64,000 nucleotides of DNA. Origin: Vezdaea acicularis (lineage: Eukaryota). Both the position numbers and the translations under genes were made by a program. Each line of letters begins with the position of its first letter. Position 1 is the first letter of the stretch. This document shows positions 60,911-64,000 of this stretch, in pieces. The notes beneath the pieces were generated by a model. It was not told where the DNA came from, searched no databases, and saw nothing but the letters and a program-made list of their open reading frames with translations. Location: positions 1-64,000 of the forward strand of contig JAPEUI010000048.1 in the NCBI GenBank assembly GCA_026025075.1, in the 5' to 3' direction.

Positions 60911-63900
60911 TCAAAACTTATGACCCGATCTTGTTTCAGAGTGACGAGAGTTATACCCACCAGGTTGAAGGGTAGAGCCTATAAAGGTTTGGTTCGTCGG
61001 AACCGGTCGAGGTATTTGCGGTGGTTGGTTTGGAATGTTGGTGTCTCGCAGAAGCTTGACAATGGCCGCGGGACTGAATTTTGTTGCATGATAACTTGCT
61101 GCTGCAGGAATGATGCTGAGAAGGAAGTAAACATCACGCGGTAGGGAGGGTGGGGGTGGTGCTTGTTGAGGCCACTGCCCAGTCAGATCCTGAGAGTTGT
61201 TTTGTTGCTGGAAGCGCTTCTGCTGGTCTAGTCGTCTACCGGCGGCGCCCTTAAGGGGCGATTCACCTCTCGCCAACTTTCGAGGGCGGTCACCATCGTC
61301 GGAATCGTCCACAAAAGCTCTCTTTGGTGACCGGACTGGAGGAGATGCTTGTGGAGCAGCTTGTTCCAGCAGAATGGTTGGAGCTCTAAGTTTCATTTGC
61401 GTAGCCGGTGATACAATGATTCGAACAGCGGTAGGATTGAAATCATCGAGCATGAAACGCTGAGAGAATCGCGAGGATTGGGAGGCCTCAGGGAACAGTT
61501 CCTTCATGCGCTTCTCAAGGCTCTGAAGATTAAACAGGTCACCATAAGAAGTCTCAAAATCATGGAAGAAATCATAGAGAGTCTTTGCCTTCATGAGAGT
61601 CTCTGGTTTTGACGCCATCCTGCTGACCGTTGTTTCGAAGACAGCTCTAGCATCTAAGAGGGTTAGCAAATGAAGTGTCATATAACAGTACGATGGGCAT
61701 ACTAGTTGTATCGTTGACGGCGATGAGATGTTTGATATATTCCAAGGCAATCTTCTCATCAGCTGGAAAGAGCTTTAGCCCACGCTCAAAAATTCGCTGG
61801 ACTGATGGATCTCTGTAACAATTGTGCTCAATTTTAGCGTTTTCAGTGTAGATCTCGCTTGTTAGTTTCCCTCTCTTGCGGGCATCAGCAAAGACCTTAC
61901 GCATGCCTCCAACCTTACCCGAGCCCCCTTGCCCTTGAAGACGGCGCATTGCTCGCATCAGCGCAATCCAGATTGCTGTGATGGTGTGCGAGAGAAGGTG
62001 GTATTGAGCCTCAAAGCCATCCGTGATGGCTTTGATCTGAGCTTGCAAGGCAGCTTCAGCATTCCCCTTCCTATCCTCTGCATCCTCATCGTCTTCATCC
62101 CCATTCTGGTCTCCTTCAAAAGAGGTTTCTCGGAGCCTCGCCTCACGTTCAAATTTTGTGACCTCCTCCATTTCTCTTTCTTTAGTTTTCGCATATAAAC
62201 TATAGAGGGCGTCTAAGACCTTGTCGTAAGGTTCCCGAACGATCTCACTTCGCTTGATATTATCATCGTCTCCAACGTCTTTCTTGGGGGCGATCTCAAG
62301 TCGATCCGCCCTCTTAAATGCAAGGAGGCAGCTTTCTGGATTCCGAGCGATACCCTGAATTAATAGGTCGTCTCCTTCGGTAATGAGACCTTGCATAATG
62401 CAGAAAGATGCGGCGTCATACCACATTTCAGGCCAGAACTGCAGCGCCATAAGGGCTTGCTTATAAACATATATGACCCGATCATTGAAGGCTTTGATGT
62501 CTTCATCCTTGAGAGCAAGCGGGTCTTCTTTTTCCCATTCTAACCAACGTTTCCAAATTTGCACCTGATTCATGTATTCGTCGAAACCATCAAAGCCGGG
62601 AGCTGGAGGCAACCTAGGTAAGGTTGTGCGATTTAGGCCCCGGGTGATATTTTGCAAAGCTTTGTAGGAGGACTGAGCAGACATGTACGCTGGAGATTTG
62701 TCCTGAAGCGCTTTTCGACCCTATCTCGCCACTTATAAGCAAAATCCTTTTATGGTTATTTTTAGGGGGACAAACCGTTATCTTATTCAGACCGATCTCG
62801 AAAGCATTGTATTCTTTCCACATCGTTGTAACCATCTGGTTAGGGACACAAATTGCTCGCTGGTATGCTTTCCGTAGGAGATCCATTTTCTGTTGGTCCT
62901 GCCAGCTGCTTCCTCCTACAGTGCCAGGTGCGGAGCGCACGAATTGAAGGTAGTCATTCCATATATGCCCAGAATCCTGATCGATCCCTACCTTAGAAAG
63001 TACAAAGTCATATGCTTGTGAGATAACATTGCGAGCTTGCCCAGTAGAGTCAGTGCTAAGGTTGTTTCGCCGGCGCACATAGTCAAGATAGACTTTCCAG
63101 AGCTGCACACTTGGAACAGAGAGTAGCGACTTATTGAATATCTGCTCTGCGTTGTAAAAGTTGTCTTGTGAGAGTTCCATCTCTGCGTATGCGACCCATT
63201 GCTCTGCCTGCCAACTGCATCAGTGGTGGTTCGGAGGGGAAGTGGACAAGAAAATCAACTTACTGCCAGAGGGAAGTATTTGAGAAACCGTTCATAGACA
63301 CCCCTAGCTTCAGGAAGCTTATTGCGCTTTCTATGTTCGCTGATTAGACCAAGCCATGCCTCTAGATCCCCCCGAGGATCGGCTTTAATCCTGTCTTCGA
63401 AGATTCCAACAGTATCGTGCGGTAATCGTGCTTTGGGAACGCCACTTGCAGTAGAGGACGCTGTCAACTGAGGATTATGCTCACTTGCGCTAACGGAGGT
63501 AGAGGCCCCTAGAACCTTCGCGCCAGGGGCACTCGCACCATTGGAGATAACACTAGCAACACCACTTGAGTTCAAAACGTCTGCCTCATGCGATGATACA
63601 CTTTGTGCAAAAGGAACATTGGCTAAAGGAGAACGTGAAATGGAACGATTGGGGGCACTAAGCGCGTTAGTCCCAGCATTTGATGCCACCCCAGGATTAA
63701 GCAGGCCTTTTGTAACTGGTGGCACGTCCTCATCGTCGTCAACAAGGAAGCCTCCAATAGTTCGAGGCTTAGGAGGTAATGCTAGGTTTCCGAGAGGCGT
63801 CCCGACTGATGTGGTGTCCGCAGAAGCAGATCGAGATTGATGTACACGGCTTTCCGGCGTCCCAGGGTGTTCTGCAGAAATGGTGGGTGAAGGAAGGGAT

Positions 63901-64000
63901 TCGTTAGTAGCTTGGAGAGCAAAAGATGAAAGGGGATCAGATTCCACGGTTTTAAGAGGCTTGGAGACTAGAGCATCACTGCTTTGATCATTTGAGAGCG
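60911..64000 (-). CDS. RNA14: mRNA 3'-end processing protein Rna14/CstF-77 (5' part lies beyond the window)
   Basis: KARLPHDTVGIFEDRIKADPRGD, HAT repeats (VPSVQLWKVYLDYVRRRN, LRKAYQRAICVP, WLEWEKEDPL, IWIALMRAMRRLQG), RGESPLKGAAGRRLDQQKR. Reading frame is open to the window edge. Confidence 0.95.

Overview
Gene-dense, intron-containing eukaryotic DNA from a filamentous ascomycete (Pezizomycotina-type genes, GT-AG introns with CTRAC branch points). I can support about 21 protein-coding genes: white collar-1 blue-light receptor, a Ras-like GTPase, BNA6 (QPRTase), aldose 1-epimerase, an Fcr1-like Zn2Cys6 factor, an SGT1/ecdysoneless-family protein, the spindle-pole-body protein Pcp1, two divergent Ser/Thr-rich GPI-type surface proteins, VPS41, a DUF155/RMD1-family protein, a Cys-rich single-pass membrane protein, a degenerate APH-like protein, TAN1, SPT10, COG3, FMP25, CmkB, AMMECR1, an SMS-2-type Argonaute and a 5'-truncated RNA14. 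I recognised no transposon, rRNA, tRNA or CRISPR. The main signals not explained by these genes are: (1) a ~1 kb structured intergenic segment with no credible ORF (15065-16033) that has several telomerase-RNA-like hallmarks; (2) a hairpin-packed 421-nt intron in the NAD+ biosynthesis gene BNA6 with a cryptic 5' splice site inside a multibranch junction; (3) an apparent internal promoter and alternative start in the first coding intron of the Argonaute; (4) two 9-bp-period TEA/AbaA-type site arrays. Identifications come from recalled family motifs and by-eye folding. No database search or folding program was run.
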